Positions 4,655 to 4,783 of a DNA stretch of 4,783 nucleotides are shown here, in pieces (position 1 is the stretch's first letter; every line of letters begins with the position of its first letter). Below the pieces are notes generated by a model, which saw only the letters and a program-made list of their open reading frames with translations, was not told the origin of the DNA and did not search any database. Position numbers and translations under genes: made by a program. This DNA is from Escherichia coli (GTDB lineage: Bacteria > Pseudomonadota > Gammaproteobacteria > Enterobacterales > Enterobacteriaceae): the NCBI RefSeq assembly GCF_003334815.1, contig NZ_QOWO01000075.1. The stretch is one strand, 5' to 3'.

Positions 4655-4783
4655 CATTTGTCTGTTACTGATGATGTTGTTGTTCCTGCTACTGCTACTG
4701 CTACTGTTCTTCTTTTTTCTGCTGCTCTGATTACTGTCTGTTTTGTTGTTCTCCTGCTTATGCCTTTTCCGGGCGTCCCCCTG
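4655..4783 (+). promoter_or_regulatory. Start of a second copy of the Frpo/ssi-like element (truncated by window end)
   Basis: 4751-4783 (ctcctgcttatgccttttccgggcgtccccctg) matches 1484-1516 at 32 of 33 positions. Upstream there are shared ttactgttcttctt and ctgatgtt blocks plus a different simple-repeat tract. Confidence 0.6.
4670..4750. repeat. Compound simple-repeat tract: (GAT)2(GTT)3 at 4670-4684, (CTGCTA)3 at 4686-4703, T-rich pyrimidine run
   Basis: Direct reading of the sequence; differs in unit and copy number from the tract at 1449-1477 in copy 1. Confidence 0.9.

Noticed and set aside
4531-4671. 46-aa ORF (MPVCPCREKDRAPVALKGAALTRRPFHCADVLLWTSVFSERSFVCY) with GGGAGG at 4521-4526
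   Set aside because: The RBS spacer is only 4 nt, the ORF is largely occupied by the 4578-4609 hairpin, and there is no recognisable motif. Kept as a very-low-confidence possibility (about 0.2), not called as a feature.
4506-4730. 74-aa ORF overlapping the MTase stop (TGATG) and running into the repeat tract
   Set aside because: Its C-terminus is LLLMMLLFLLLLLLLFFFFLLL, translated from the simple-repeat tract, and it runs through the 4578-4609 hairpin. Most likely an artefact of the repeat, though a tiny hydrophobic peptide cannot be fully excluded.
1-4783. CRISPR array, tRNA/rRNA genes, insertion sequence or transposon ends, integrase
   Set aside because: No regularly spaced direct repeats with unique spacers, no tRNA-like cloverleaf segments, no transposase or integrase-like ORF, and no terminal inverted repeats flanking a transposase.

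Overview
This window reads like part of the leading region of an enterobacterial conjugative plasmid (IncF/IncI-like), organised as an anti-defence island. Six co-oriented CDS lie on the + strand: a KlcA/ArdB-family anti-restriction protein (201-626), a 139-aa hypothetical (673-1092) translationally coupled to a 63-aa ORF (1092-1283), a 76-aa arginine-rich protein (2253-2483), a 453-aa protein of unknown function (2535-3896) and a 187-aa orphan SAM-dependent methyltransferase with an NPPF catalytic motif (3943-4506). Each gene junction carries a GC-rich hairpin between the stop codon and the next ribosome-binding site, and three of these share the octamer GCCGCCCC. Two copies of a structured non-coding element are present (about 1415-2250, and a second copy truncated by the window end at about 4655-4783). 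They share a 33-nt core at 32/33 identity, preceded by different trinucleotide-repeat tracts, which fits Frpo/ssi-type single-strand promoters. No rRNA, tRNA, CRISPR array, transposase or integrase was seen. Family and DUF assignments are from motif recognition by eye; no database search was run.
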